DNA of 62,843 nt, taken from NCBI GenBank assembly GCA_964543855.1, contig CAZJAD010000004.1:1-62843 (forward strand), read 5' to 3'. A model generated the notes under the pieces. It saw only the letters and a list, made by a program, of their open reading frames with translations, made no database searches and was not told the DNA's origin. A program made the position numbers and the translations under genes. The DNA comes from an uncultured Alphaproteobacteria bacterium (GTDB taxonomy: Bacteria; Electryoneota; RPQS01; DYHQ01). This document shows, in pieces, positions 19,897-29,615 of this stretch (position 1 is its first letter; each line of letters opens with the position of its first letter).

Positions 19897-19971
19897 GGAG
19901 GCGGCGAGCGGATTCGAACCGCTGCATAAAGGTTTTGCAGACCTCCGCCTTAACCACTTGGCTACGCCGCC
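19897..19971 (-). tRNA. tRNA-Cys (anticodon GCA)
   Basis: The reverse complement is GGCGGCGTAGCCAAGTGGTTAAGGCGGAGGTCTGCAAAACCTTTATGCAGCGGTTCGAATCCGCTCGCCGCCTCC. Anticodon loop CTGCAAA, discriminator U. Confidence 0.9.
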
Positions 19972-20003
19972 CAAACCGCACTGGCATTCTTAATGGTAGA
20001 CGC

Positions 20004-20079
20004 TGGAGCGGGAGACGGGGCTCGAACCCGCGACATTCACGTTGGCAACGTGATACTCTACCAACTGAGTTACTCCCGC
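20004..20079 (-). tRNA. tRNA-Gly (anticodon GCC)
   Basis: The reverse complement is GCGGGAGTAACTCAGTTGGTAGAGTATCACGTTGCCAACGTGAATGTCGCGGGTTCGAGCCCCGTCTCCCGCTCCA. Anticodon loop TTGCCAA. CCA is encoded. Confidence 0.92.
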
Positions 20080-20186
20080 AACGGATCCAATCCATCAAGC
20101 GGTCGCGACCTGCAGTGCGGCAAGTCTCATGCCACAGACAGGAGCATAACGCACAAACAGAGCCCGGCGAGATGCTTCGCCAGGTC

Positions 20187-20262
<76 letters not shown>

Positions 20263-20604
20263 GCTAAGATGCCTTTTCAAGAAATTTAAATATACATAAA
20301 TCTGCACCTTTTGTCAAGCATCTCCTCCACTCCTCCACACCCCTTTCAGCAACTCCTCCCCCAGCCTCTGTCCCCTTTTCAACCAACCTCAAATCGGGAA
20401 GTTATACCCAGAGCCCCGTCGGCGCACTTCCCGATCCCCGGTGCAACCGCGAGACATCGAATCGGACTTGCTTCGAATACCAATAGCCTATATATTGGCA
20501 AGTTAAGTTGGCCACGGGCCAGCTAAGCCTTGAACCAGTCAACTGATTAGAATCAATCGGGATATCAGCATCATCAATCCAACCTAAGCCAAAGTCTCCG
20601 CACT

Positions 20605-21600
20605 ATGAAACACAAGCCCCCACAGAAAGCGACAAAGCTCCCCTCGGAGCCGTACCGCGTACGCTTGCTGCGCCGCAACGAGCTCGATCGATTCGTGGAG
20701 CTCGGTTACCCGACTTGCGCCTTCCTCCACGGTCGGACAGGCGTGAGCGAGCTCCTTCAAAAACAAAGATTTCGCAGCTTTGTCTCCCGCCATGCGTTCG
20801 AGGAGGGGAGCGAAGTTCATGTTCTCGCCGACGAGTCGGACCGGATCGTCGGCCAGCTCTGGCTGCACACAAGCCACAACCAGTTCAACGGGCAGAAGGA
20901 GCTCTGGATATGGGACCTGACGATCGACAGGCCCTTCCAAGGGACGGGCTTAAGCAAAGGCTTGCTGGAGCTCGCGCGGCGTCGATCGGTCGAATTGGGG
21001 TGCCAGGAGCTCTGGCTCCTCGTCGCCGAAGACAATGCGCGCGCCCGAGAGGTCTACCAGACCTTCGGCCTTGCGGACGGTGCACGACTGATGAAGTTGA
21101 CCTTGGGAGTACAGAAAAAGAGTGCAACGGCGGCTTCCAGCGACTTGGCCGTTCCGGGTCTCGACGGGATCATCGTCCGCAAGCTCAACAAAGAAGATGT
21201 TGTCCCTATGCTCGAGCTCTGGCGCGAGGCTGAACTGGAGTACAAACCTCGCGGGCGCGACACCGCCGAGAAGCTTCAAGGCGAACTGCGACGCGCTCCG
21301 GACCTTTTCTGGGGAGCGTTCGATGGAGAGAGAATCATCGGCTCCATTTTTGGAACCTTGGAGGGTCGACGAAAGGGATGGTTGAACCGCTTGGCGGTGC
21401 ACCTTGACTATCGGCGAAGAGGTGTTGCCAGAGCTTTAATTGCCAAGTGTGAGGAATCTTTGTCGAAGCGGGGAGCGGGAATTATCGCGGTTTTCACTCT
21501 GGAGGAAAACGAGGCGTCAGCCCGGCTGTTGGAGTCATGCGGTTACGCACACTCTCCGGGCTTTCGATATTTCACGAAGAGGGAGCACGCCGACATTTGA
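20605..21600 (+). CDS. tandem-GNAT N-acetyltransferase
   Basis: 331 aa with two acetyl-CoA binding cores: DRPFQGTGLSKGLLELARRRSVELG and HLDYRRRGVARALIAKCEESLSKRG. Each core is followed by a ..N..A...Y...GF/GY motif. Confidence 0.8.
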   Translation: MKHKPPQKATKLPSEPYRVRLLRRNELDRFVELGYPTCAFLHGRTGVSELLQKQRFRSFVSRHAFEEGSEVHVLADESDRIVGQLWLHTSHNQFNGQKELWIWDLTIDRPFQGTGLSKGLLELARRRSVELGCQELWLLVAEDNARAREVYQTFGLADGARLMKLTLGVQKKSATAASSDLAVPGLDGIIVRKLNKEDVVPMLELWREAELEYKPRGRDTAEKLQGELRRAPDLFWGAFDGERIIGSIFGTLEGRRKGWLNRLAVHLDYRRRGVARALIAKCEESLSKRGAGIIAVFTLEENEASARLLESCGYAHSPGFRYFTKREHADI

Positions 21601-21636
21601 CACTCACGGGCGAATCGACGGCGTATCACGCTCGCC

Positions 21637-21774
21637 TCAGTCCTTGATCTCGATTTCGAGCGGAGCCTGAATGTTGGCTTTCCGAATTCGGAGCACCTTG
21701 GCAAAGCAGAAGATCAACAATCCCAGAATACCCCCCCACGAGAGGAACATGAATATCCAGCCTACGGTTGTCAT
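21637..21774 (-). CDS. NSS transporter small subunit (MetS-like), single TM
   Basis: 45 aa: MTTVGWIFMFLSWGGILGLLIFCFAKVLRIRKANIQAPLEIEIKD. Its ATG overlaps the NSS stop as ATGA (21771-21774). One TM helix followed by a basic patch. Confidence 0.6.
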   Translation of the reverse strand: MTTVGWIFMFLSWGGILGLLIFCFAKVLRIRKANIQAPLEIEIKD

Positions 21775-23360
21775 AGTTGTTTCCCCTTGAGCTTTGGGAA
21801 TCGCCCGCGACGATCCGCCTTGAGGATGAGCAGTAGGATCGTGCCGAGAAGGGCTAATAAGATAATGCGCGTTATGAGAACGAAGAGGAACTGGGTCGGA
21901 TCGGTAATGTTCCGCATCAGGATAAGCGACACCCACTCCTGATAGCCCCAAACCGCAAGAATCACCATCAGGTAGAAGGGCGTGACATATCGAATGATGA
22001 ACTTGTAAATGACCGGCACATTCATATCCGCGCCCCGGTGCATTTCCTCAAACCCCCGGCGCACTCCGAGGACATAGGCGAAAAGAACGACCATGATGGT
22101 TGCAGATACGACAGGCAATACGGTTCCCGCCCAGAAATCCATCTCATCCAGAGTACCGAAGCGCAAGGTCAGGATCACGAAAGATGTCACGCAGAAGCCA
22201 ACAGTTCCCAACAGCATTACGGCACTTTGGCGATTCAAGTTGAGTTCGTCCTCGAGAAAGGCAATCGTCGGCTGAAGGAGTGACACGGACGAAGTGATCC
22301 CAGCAACAAAGAGAAGAAAGAACCACAAGAATCCCATGACGGTTCCCCCACCCATGTGGCCAAAGATCATCGGCATCGTGACAAATCCGAGTCCGAAAGC
22401 CCCGCTCTGAGCGATCGCCTGCGCCTGGGTCGCTCCATAGAATATCGCCGCTGCAACCAGCCCAACCGATCCCCCCAATATCACTTCGACAAACTGATTC
22501 GTACTGGCTGAAGTCAGGCTGGAGAGGACGACATCGTCCTTCTGACGGAGGTAGCTGGCGTAGGCCATGATCGCACCCATTCCTACGGATAGCGTGAAGA
22601 AAATCTGCCCCGCTGCTTCAATCCAGACCCGCGCTTTCAAGAGCTGCGACCAATCCGGATTCCACATGAAGCCCAATCCTGACGCGACATTCCATTCCGG
22701 ATGATTCACGGGATCGGGCGTTCCCAGAGTCAACACGCGAATGGCCAGGATGATTCCGCAACCGAGCAAAATGGGCATCGCCACCTTGTTCAACTTCTCA
22801 ATCCCCATTGCCACACCGCGAAAAATCACGGTGTAGTTCAGCACGAAAACAAATATGAATACTGCGAAAGCCGTCCACGGGCCGGAGAAGTACTGATTGC
22901 TTTCAACTCCGAGAAATCCATTGAGGAATGCCGTCATGTTTCCGGCAGCGGCCGCTTCCTGAATTTGCCCGGTTAGCGAGAAGAGACTGAACGCCAGCGC
23001 CCAACCTTCGATATAGACATAGTAGAATGAAATGACGAGAGGGACAAAGATCGAAATCGCCCCGAGGTACTTGGCCCAGCGTCTCCCACCAGTGATTCGA
23101 TGGTAAATTCCCGGCGCGCTGCCGTGCGCATGTCGGCCGCCATAGCGTCCTAATGTCCATTCAATCCATGCCAACGGAATGCCGACCAGAAGGAAGGCCA
23201 AGAAATAGGGCACCATGAAAGCGCCTCCACCGTTCGAGGCCGCTTTCACAGGAAAACGAAGGAAGTTGCCCAATCCAACGGCACTGCCAGAGACGGCCAA
23301 AATAACCCCCAAGCGACTCCCCCAATTCCCCCGCTCACGACTGGCGGCTTTCCTGGGCAT
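21771..23360 (-). CDS. sodium-dependent neurotransmitter:sodium symporter (NSS/SNF) family transporter
   Basis: 529 aa with the diagnostic N-terminus WGSRLGVILAVSGSAVGLGNFLRFPVKAASNGGGAFMVPYFLAFLLVGIPLAWIEWTLGRYGG and about 12 TM helices. Confidence 0.92.
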   Translation of the reverse strand: MPRKAASRERGNWGSRLGVILAVSGSAVGLGNFLRFPVKAASNGGGAFMVPYFLAFLLVGIPLAWIEWTLGRYGGRHAHGSAPGIYHRITGGRRWAKYLGAISIFVPLVISFYYVYIEGWALAFSLFSLTGQIQEAAAAGNMTAFLNGFLGVESNQYFSGPWTAFAVFIFVFVLNYTVIFRGVAMGIEKLNKVAMPILLGCGIILAIRVLTLGTPDPVNHPEWNVASGLGFMWNPDWSQLLKARVWIEAAGQIFFTLSVGMGAIMAYASYLRQKDDVVLSSLTSASTNQFVEVILGGSVGLVAAAIFYGATQAQAIAQSGAFGLGFVTMPMIFGHMGGGTVMGFLWFFLLFVAGITSSVSLLQPTIAFLEDELNLNRQSAVMLLGTVGFCVTSFVILTLRFGTLDEMDFWAGTVLPVVSATIMVVLFAYVLGVRRGFEEMHRGADMNVPVIYKFIIRYVTPFYLMVILAVWGYQEWVSLILMRNITDPTQFLFVLITRIILLALLGTILLLILKADRRGRFPKLKGKQL

Positions 23361-23387
23361 GCCTTCTATCTCCTATCCGATTGACTT

Positions 23388-25073
23388 TTATCCATGAAAG
23401 TGAGATACGGTGCGCCGTGCATTATTCAGGTTGCCTCTGATAAGCCATGATGCCTCCTGAGCGATCACAAGCGACAAAGCGATAAGAACCACTGCGATTC
23501 CGGCCAGAACATATTTGCCTTCCGACCAGAACAAGAGCGCCTCATAAACAAGAGCGCCTACGGTTGTCAGCAACATGATTATTGCAGGAATGGCCGTGTA
23601 AATCCGCGGCCTCTTCACTCCCACAAGATAGGCACTGACCACAATGAGCGTCAGAGCCGCCACGAGCTGATTGGCCGCGCCGAAGAGCGGCCATATCGTC
23701 TGGTAGCCTCCGCTCGCCCCCAGATAACCGGCTGCGGCGACCGTCAGCAGGCCTCCGACCCACCGACTCCGAAGGATCGCAGACCAGCGACCTCCCAATT
23801 CCCCAACAATGAAGCGGGCCAGTCGTGTGCCGGTGTCGAGCGAGGTGATGACAAACGCATTAAGCATGAGCATCCCGATATACATACCGGCCACCAGCGT
23901 CATTCCGGGAACCGCCTCGACCATCCGGCCGAATCCTTTCGAGAAGGTGACGATGGGCCCACCACCTTGTCCCATCAGGTAGTGATAGCCGAAGGCGCTT
24001 GCTCTGCCCGATGGGTCCCAGACAAGCATGCTGCCCGCAATGAGAATCACCAGGAGCGCCAAGACCGCTTCCATGACCATGCCACCGAAACCGATAGGAC
24101 GACCGGCCGTCTCGCAGTTGAGCTGCTTGGAGGTGGTCCCGCTGGCCACCAGGGAATGGAACCCGGATATGGCGCCACAAGCCACGATCACGAAAAGCAT
24201 CGGCCAGAGAGGTCCCCCCACCGACGAGAATGTCACGAAAGCAGGCGCCGTCATCGCGGGATGAGTGAAGAACACACCGATATAACCCAGTCCCAGTCCG
24301 ATGAAGAGAATCCACATCGAGAGATAATCCCGCGGCTGCAGCAGGAACCAAACGGGCAATACGGACGCCAGCAACGCGTAACACATGAGAATCCAGAACC
24401 AGAAGGTGATCGGTGCGAGGCCGAGAACAGGACCGGCAAGCTGAATGGGAAATGATGTGCCGAGCTTGATGAGCACTCCGAGAATCGCCAGAGCGACCAA
24501 GGTCCCCAGGAGTGTGGGAACATTGCTGCGATAAACCAGATAGCCGAACGCCATCGCCACGAAAACCAGCCCGAATGTCGGGATGACGATCTCCGGTTCC
24601 TGAACAAGCGTATTAGCCGTGACAACAGCGAAGACCGCCACAACGAGCACGAGAGTGAGCCAGACGAAAATGGAGAAAAGGATGCGCGAGCGATTGCCAA
24701 GCGCGTCGTGCGCGATGTCACCCACCGAACGACCGCGGCCGCGCACGGAGGCCATCAGCGAGACATAATCGTGAACAGCACCCATCAAGATACTCCCCAA
24801 GGCCACCCAGAGGGTCGTCGCCACCCAGCCGAAGTAGAGCACGGCGATGAGCGGCCCAACAATGGGGCCCGCTCCGGCGATGGAGGAGAAATGGTGGCCG
24901 AAGAGGAGAGGCGTTTTGGCCGGTGAGAAATCGACCGAATCTTCCTGGGCGTGGGCCGGTGTCGGCCGATTGTTGTCGGGTTCAATAAGGCGCCGTTCAA
25001 TCCAGCGACCATAGACTCGGTAACCTACGAAGAGCCACGCGAGTACAAGCAAACCCAATACAAGTGCATTCAT
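23388..25073 (-). CDS. cstA: carbon starvation protein CstA (peptide/pyruvate uptake family)
   Basis: 561 aa, polytopic, with the CstA motif LFGHHFSSIAGAGPIVGPLIAVLYFGW. Confidence 0.9.
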   Translation of the reverse strand: MNALVLGLLVLAWLFVGYRVYGRWIERRLIEPDNNRPTPAHAQEDSVDFSPAKTPLLFGHHFSSIAGAGPIVGPLIAVLYFGWVATTLWVALGSILMGAVHDYVSLMASVRGRGRSVGDIAHDALGNRSRILFSIFVWLTLVLVVAVFAVVTANTLVQEPEIVIPTFGLVFVAMAFGYLVYRSNVPTLLGTLVALAILGVLIKLGTSFPIQLAGPVLGLAPITFWFWILMCYALLASVLPVWFLLQPRDYLSMWILFIGLGLGYIGVFFTHPAMTAPAFVTFSSVGGPLWPMLFVIVACGAISGFHSLVASGTTSKQLNCETAGRPIGFGGMVMEAVLALLVILIAGSMLVWDPSGRASAFGYHYLMGQGGGPIVTFSKGFGRMVEAVPGMTLVAGMYIGMLMLNAFVITSLDTGTRLARFIVGELGGRWSAILRSRWVGGLLTVAAAGYLGASGGYQTIWPLFGAANQLVAALTLIVVSAYLVGVKRPRIYTAIPAIIMLLTTVGALVYEALLFWSEGKYVLAGIAVVLIALSLVIAQEASWLIRGNLNNARRTVSHFHG

Positions 25074-25237
25074 GATTTGTTCTCTGTAGACGCCCCGCCT
25101 GATTCGCCGCTCAGAAAGCTCAACTTATAGATTCTACAAAAATCAATTGAGAATTTCAAGCCAGAAATCAGAATTTCACTCCAGAACCTCTCGCTGCCGC
25201 ACGCGGCCCCATACCCCTCTCTGGCAGTCGCAGGAGC

Positions 25238-25270
25238 AAAAAAGGGCGCCACCCCAAGTCGGTGGCACCC
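25238..25270 (-). terminator. Rho-independent terminator after the S8 protease gene
   Basis: The minus strand reads GGGTGCCACCGACTTGGGGTGGCGCCC followed by TTTTTT. Confidence 0.65.
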
Positions 25271-25296
25271 TTTCATGTTCTCGTCACGAATTCGTG

Positions 25297-28017
25297 TTAT
25301 TTCAGGAGAACCATCTTATTAGTGCCCGAATATCCGGGCGCGGTCATGTGAACGAAATATATCCCGCTGGGCAGCGACGAGCCGTTGAAGCGTACGCGGT
25401 GAGTTCCAACCGACGCCGGGCCGTCAACCAGCGTGGCGGTCAGCCGCCCCAGTACATCGTGGACGGTCAGAGTCACATGGCCCGAGGCTCGGACTTCATA
25501 GCAGACGGTCGTTGTTGGATTAAACGGGTTCGGGAAGTTGCCCAACAGAGCGTACTGCTCGGGAACACTCGGGGCAACAGGAGGCGTTGCAGACAGCGGA
25601 TGACCACGGAACCACTCCAGAATCCTCTGGACGACGACCCGATGATGGGTCGTTGCGCTGGCGCCACAGGCTGCTTCCAAAGCAAACGCACAGTAGACAA
25701 CCTGGTAGGTGGTCGTGTCTCCATACCGGACCGCGGCCGGCCGGCCGTCGGCGTCATAAGTATAGATAACCGACGCTCCTTCCAGCGGAACGATGCGGGA
25801 TTGCTCCGCAGTGCCGTTGTTCGCACAGCTGCCAACCAACAGCAGGTTCGTCTCACCCGAGATTGGATCATCCAACACGCCTGACAACACCCGCCCCGAC
25901 GAGTCAAGACTTCCGGTGGAGCAATGGAGATAGTTGGCGTAGAACGGATCGTCTCGCAAGTCGCGATCAATCAGGCGGCCACCCAAAGCCAACTTGCCTC
26001 CCCCGTCTAAGAATGTGGCCAAGGCGGCCTGGTCGTCGGCCGTCAAAGTGGCGGTTTCTTCGTTCCCGCAACACCAGAAGATCTCCTGGTAGTACGAGAT
26101 GGTCAGAGCGTCCAGCGGGCCATCCGCCACGGTACTCCAGCTGTCGAATGGGACACCCAGCTCCTCGAAATCACCCGAGAACTGAGCATCATAGTAAAGT
26201 CCGCCATCATCGTCCACGAACAAGAGCGGTGGGCGTTCGACTGGAATCTGGAAATCTATTGACACTTCGTACCCAGTCTCCGTCGTCAAGCCAAGCGTAA
26301 GATCCGCCACATAGGGTTGCTCGATCGTGTTATCTGCGGAAATCTCGACCGGAAAATCCCAGTTATCCGTTTCTGCTCCAGGCAGCAGATCGCCAAAGTA
26401 TATCGAATCCTCGGAGACAGTCAGGTGGGGATCGTCTGTCTGAACCAAACCACGAATACCGAGGGCGGTCGCCCAGTTCTCTGCGTTTTCGATCGTAATG
26501 ATGAGTTCCGCCGTCTCATTGCGTTCGAGCCGCCCATCGCCATCATCATCCCCGGTTAAGGTAATGTCGATGACAGACAAGTGAGGAAAGCGGGTTCCGA
26601 CCATGTTCGATGCGCTGATTCGGCCGTGACCGAGCTTGCCCTCAAGCCCCGGATTCAGCGCGTCGATATTGACACAGTTATCGTATATAAGGGTCTCCAT
26701 TTCGGCATTGGTCAGCTCTGGCATCATAGTCCACACCAGAGCGGCCACACCTCCGGCGTTCGGGGCTGACATCGAGGTCCCTCCCCAGCCGGAGCCACCG
26801 TAGCCATCAATAACCGTGGACCAAATGGGGTGGTCACCGGGTGCACAAATGTCCACCCAGGTCCCGCGGTTCGACCAAGACGAAAGACGGTCGCTTTCGT
26901 TGGTCGAAGCGACCGATATCACATGGGGATGACAAGCGGGATACTGCATCTGCTCACTGCCATCGTTGCCTGCTGCACCGAAAAGAAGGCAACCGTTGTC
27001 CCAGGCTCCCTGAATTGCTTCCCTTTCAGCCTGACTGGCACCGGTGCTTCCATAGGACATCGTGATGATCTTAGCACCCATGGCGGCCGCATAGATGATC
27101 GCGGGAGTGCTCGCGACTATGTAGCCGTTGCCATCGCTGGCTGCGATGCCTGCGCGGATGGCCATAGCGCGGAACCTCCATCCTGCGCCGGCAACACCAA
27201 CTTGGTTGTTCCCGCGAGCAGCCATCAGGCCCAGGCAGTGCGTGCCGTGAGGCTCCAAGCCGAAGGGATCGTTATCCGGGTCGTCGCAATCCTCGCCGGC
27301 GGCACAATTCCCCTGGTTGTCGATGAAGTCCCAGCCGATGAAGTCGTCGACATAACCGTTGCCATCGTTGTCAATCCAATCGATTTCCTCCGGATCGCCG
27401 GGAATATCGTCCCATATCCACGGAACACCGTCGCCGTTGAGATCCTCGCCTGGATTCACCCACAGATTCGGAGTCAGATCCTCGTGATTCCAGTCGGTAC
27501 CCGTATCAATCGCACAAACGATAATCGTCGAATCGCCGGTTCCGATGTCCCAGGCGATGTCGCACCCCATGATGACCTTGTCCCACTGATGTCCCCAAAG
27601 TGGATCATTTGGAGTTCGAAGGATCTTCTGCATGAGGTTTGGTTCTGCCCACTTCACATAGGCATTCGCTTCAAAATCCGGGATCATGGAAAGGACATCC
27701 ATCGCCTCCGGGAAGTACAGAACATAGAGACGACCGAAATCAGGTGGATAGTCCAGTCGCGACAGAATCCCGTCCGGCACGAGCCTCTTGGCCTCATAAA
27801 CCTGATAGGTGGCCAGCAGTTCGTCCACTGATGAAATCCCCATCGAGACGGTTCCATCATCCAGGGTCACCGGAGTCCTTGCGCCAACCGATGCCTTGAA
27901 ATTCACAATCAGGTGCCCCGGCAGCCACTCGTCGTTTTCATACGGTGCGCCAAAAACCAGGCAAGGCACCAGCAGTGCGAGTAGCGGCCAAACAGCCTTG
28001 CTCCATTGAAATCGCAT
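25297..28017 (-). CDS. secreted subtilisin-like (S8) serine protease with T9SS-type C-terminal sorting domain
   Basis: Catalytic triad contexts: VCAIDTGTDWNHEDL (Asp), HGTHCLGLMAARGNN (His), GGTSMSAPNAGGVAAL (Ser). Signal peptide MRFQWSKAVWPLLALLVPCLVFGAP. C-terminal LLGNFPNPFNPTTTVCY...GIYFVHM...KMVLLK. ATG 28017 follows GGAGG by 7 nt; the ORF track extends to 28047. Confidence 0.9.
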   Translation of the reverse strand: MRFQWSKAVWPLLALLVPCLVFGAPYENDEWLPGHLIVNFKASVGARTPVTLDDGTVSMGISSVDELLATYQVYEAKRLVPDGILSRLDYPPDFGRLYVLYFPEAMDVLSMIPDFEANAYVKWAEPNLMQKILRTPNDPLWGHQWDKVIMGCDIAWDIGTGDSTIIVCAIDTGTDWNHEDLTPNLWVNPGEDLNGDGVPWIWDDIPGDPEEIDWIDNDGNGYVDDFIGWDFIDNQGNCAAGEDCDDPDNDPFGLEPHGTHCLGLMAARGNNQVGVAGAGWRFRAMAIRAGIAASDGNGYIVASTPAIIYAAAMGAKIITMSYGSTGASQAEREAIQGAWDNGCLLFGAAGNDGSEQMQYPACHPHVISVASTNESDRLSSWSNRGTWVDICAPGDHPIWSTVIDGYGGSGWGGTSMSAPNAGGVAALVWTMMPELTNAEMETLIYDNCVNIDALNPGLEGKLGHGRISASNMVGTRFPHLSVIDITLTGDDDGDGRLERNETAELIITIENAENWATALGIRGLVQTDDPHLTVSEDSIYFGDLLPGAETDNWDFPVEISADNTIEQPYVADLTLGLTTETGYEVSIDFQIPVERPPLLFVDDDGGLYYDAQFSGDFEELGVPFDSWSTVADGPLDALTISYYQEIFWCCGNEETATLTADDQAALATFLDGGGKLALGGRLIDRDLRDDPFYANYLHCSTGSLDSSGRVLSGVLDDPISGETNLLLVGSCANNGTAEQSRIVPLEGASVIYTYDADGRPAAVRYGDTTTYQVVYCAFALEAACGASATTHHRVVVQRILEWFRGHPLSATPPVAPSVPEQYALLGNFPNPFNPTTTVCYEVRASGHVTLTVHDVLGRLTATLVDGPASVGTHRVRFNGSSLPSGIYFVHMTAPGYSGTNKMVLLK

Positions 28018-28078
28018 GTCAATACCTCCAAGAACTTTGGTGAGCAACGCAGCTCGAGGTCATATATCTAATCTTTTC

Positions 28079-28107
28079 AATTTACGATATCCCTCGTTTA
28101 ATGTCAA
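28079..28107 (-). promoter_or_regulatory. sigma-70-type promoter candidate for the S8 protease gene
   Basis: The minus strand reads TTGACA (28107-28102), 17-nt spacer, TAAATT (28084-28079). About 60 nt upstream of ATG 28017, in an AT-rich spacer. Confidence 0.45.
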
Positions 28108-28207
28108 CCTCGGCCCTTCCCTGCCTCGTCTTCTTACACCCAATGGGTCTATCACCATATATATGCGATATTTACAGGCACCTCCATCTATCAACAGACT
28201 CCGCCAA

Positions 28208-28244
28208 AATGAACAAAAGGCCTCATGATTTGGATTGAGGCCTT
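28208..28244 (-). terminator. Rho-independent terminator ending the pilus supercluster
   Basis: The minus strand reads AAGGCCTCA-ATCCAAATCA-TGAGGCCTT followed by TTGTTCATTTT. Located 110 nt downstream of the pilQ stop. Confidence 0.6.
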
Positions 28245-28352
28245 ATGATTGCGAAATGTATCGAATCCGATGATCTGACTGATGGTCCTCGCGCCCATGG
28301 ATCCGAAAAAGCGATGCGACGGCACAAGAGACGCAGCGTGAAGGTATCGGGC

Positions 28353-29588
28353 TTACTGCTGCGCCATTTTTGCCTCCACGACACGAGGTGTGACGAAGAT
28401 CATGATCTCACTTTTCTCGTGGATCGTGGAATTGTAGGTGAAAATCCGGCCAACGAGCGGGATGGCGTGCAACAGTGGGACGCGGCGCTCGACATCATCC
28501 TTCTTGGAGCGTATCACTCCACCGATGACAACGGTCTCGCCGTTGTCCACAAGCAGCTTGGTTGAAATCTGCGAAGTCAGGATGATGACTCCACCGGTGA
28601 CCGTCGCTTCTCCCGAGAGGTCGCTCACTTCAGGCTGAAGATCCATCAACACCTGGTTGTTCGGATTAATGTGCGGCGTGACTCTTAACTTGACGGCTAC
28701 ATCGTAGAACTTCGTGATGATGTTGCCCGCTTGGTCGAGAGTATTGATCGGAATCTGTTTCCCCGATATGATGGTTGCGGTCTCGTTGTCAGAGATCAAG
28801 ACGGACGGTTGGGACAGCACCTCCGCTTTCCCCTCCTCTTCGAGCGTCTTAACCATGGCTTCCAAGGCAACGCCTTTCTGCAGGCGGCCAATTGTGAATG
28901 TGCCGGTCTGGTCAGTCACTCCAAGATTCACCTCCGCCCCTGCCTTCGTCGGCTGCAGAGGATTGTCCAGATTTCCCATAGACCAATCGATGCCCACTTG
29001 TCGCATCGCCTTGGTATCGACTTCGACGACTTTGGCCTCGACCAGCACCTGGTTCATCTGGCGGTCGAGGTTCTGGATGATCTCATGGGCTGTCTCGACA
29101 TTGGCGGGAATGTCCGTCACAATCAGCGTATTGGCGCGGATATCCGCCTGGGCCTTCCCACGCTCCGTCAGAAGTTTCTGAATCACTTCACGCAAATCCT
29201 CGGCGCGGGCGTATTTGATCTGAAAGATTCCAGTTTCCAGTTTCTCATTCCGAACGGCATTCTGGATATCCTCGAGGGTTGTCACACGGATAATGCCTCG
29301 GTCCTCAACGGCGACGAAATCATTCATCTGAAGGATGTTGTCGAGCGCCTGCCGCCAAGGAACATCATTGAGCAGGACGGTCACCGGCCCTTCGACCTTG
29401 GACCCCGCCACAATGTTCATTCCGGAGAACGCCGAAATGCTTCGCAAAACGGTCCGAATATCGGCTTCCTCCACATTCAGGGAGATGTTTCCTCCGGTTC
29501 CCCGGTACGGCACGGTCTGTTGCCCGGGGAGAGCTTTGACACTTACCAGCGCAGCGATCAGTGCTGCAACGCAGATGAACTGTTTCAT
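28353..29588 (-). CDS. pilQ: type IV pilus secretin PilQ (short form, no AMIN repeats)
   Basis: 411 aa with a signal peptide. N-terminal NISLNVEEADIRTVLRSISAFSGMNIV and secretin C-domain ...VPLLHAIPLVGRIFTYNSTIHEKSEIMIFVTPRVV. Confidence 0.9.
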   Translation of the reverse strand: MKQFICVAALIAALVSVKALPGQQTVPYRGTGGNISLNVEEADIRTVLRSISAFSGMNIVAGSKVEGPVTVLLNDVPWRQALDNILQMNDFVAVEDRGIIRVTTLEDIQNAVRNEKLETGIFQIKYARAEDLREVIQKLLTERGKAQADIRANTLIVTDIPANVETAHEIIQNLDRQMNQVLVEAKVVEVDTKAMRQVGIDWSMGNLDNPLQPTKAGAEVNLGVTDQTGTFTIGRLQKGVALEAMVKTLEEEGKAEVLSQPSVLISDNETATIISGKQIPINTLDQAGNIITKFYDVAVKLRVTPHINPNNQVLMDLQPEVSDLSGEATVTGGVIILTSQISTKLLVDNGETVVIGGVIRSKKDDVERRVPLLHAIPLVGRIFTYNSTIHEKSEIMIFVTPRVVEAKMAQQ

Positions 29589-29615
29589 GATACCTTCTCC
29601 ACCACGGCACCCGTT

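Noticed and set aside
20487-20501. 15-nt exact repeat CCTATATATTGGCAA, also at 40946-40960
   Set aside because: The second copy is the coding 3' end plus the stop codon of the PilV-like gene (..FFANI*). One or two exact 15-mer matches are expected by chance in a window of this size. There is no flanking similarity.
20263-20604. Pyrimidine-rich (CT) tract and the hairpin CGGGAAGT-N23-ACTTCCCG in the tRNA-Ala/GNAT spacer as a possible ncRNA or tRNA-operon promoter
   Set aside because: No convincing -35/-10 pair was found (the best is TTGCCA-N16-TATTCG). There is no terminator and no recognisable RNA family features, so support is insufficient.
21775-21951. N-terminal 59 codons of the 104-aa ORF downstream of the NSS gene
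   Set aside because: This part overlaps the 3' end of the NSS transporter in another frame and looks non-proteinaceous. The internal ATG 21774, with its ATGA coupling, gives a coherent single-TM peptide.
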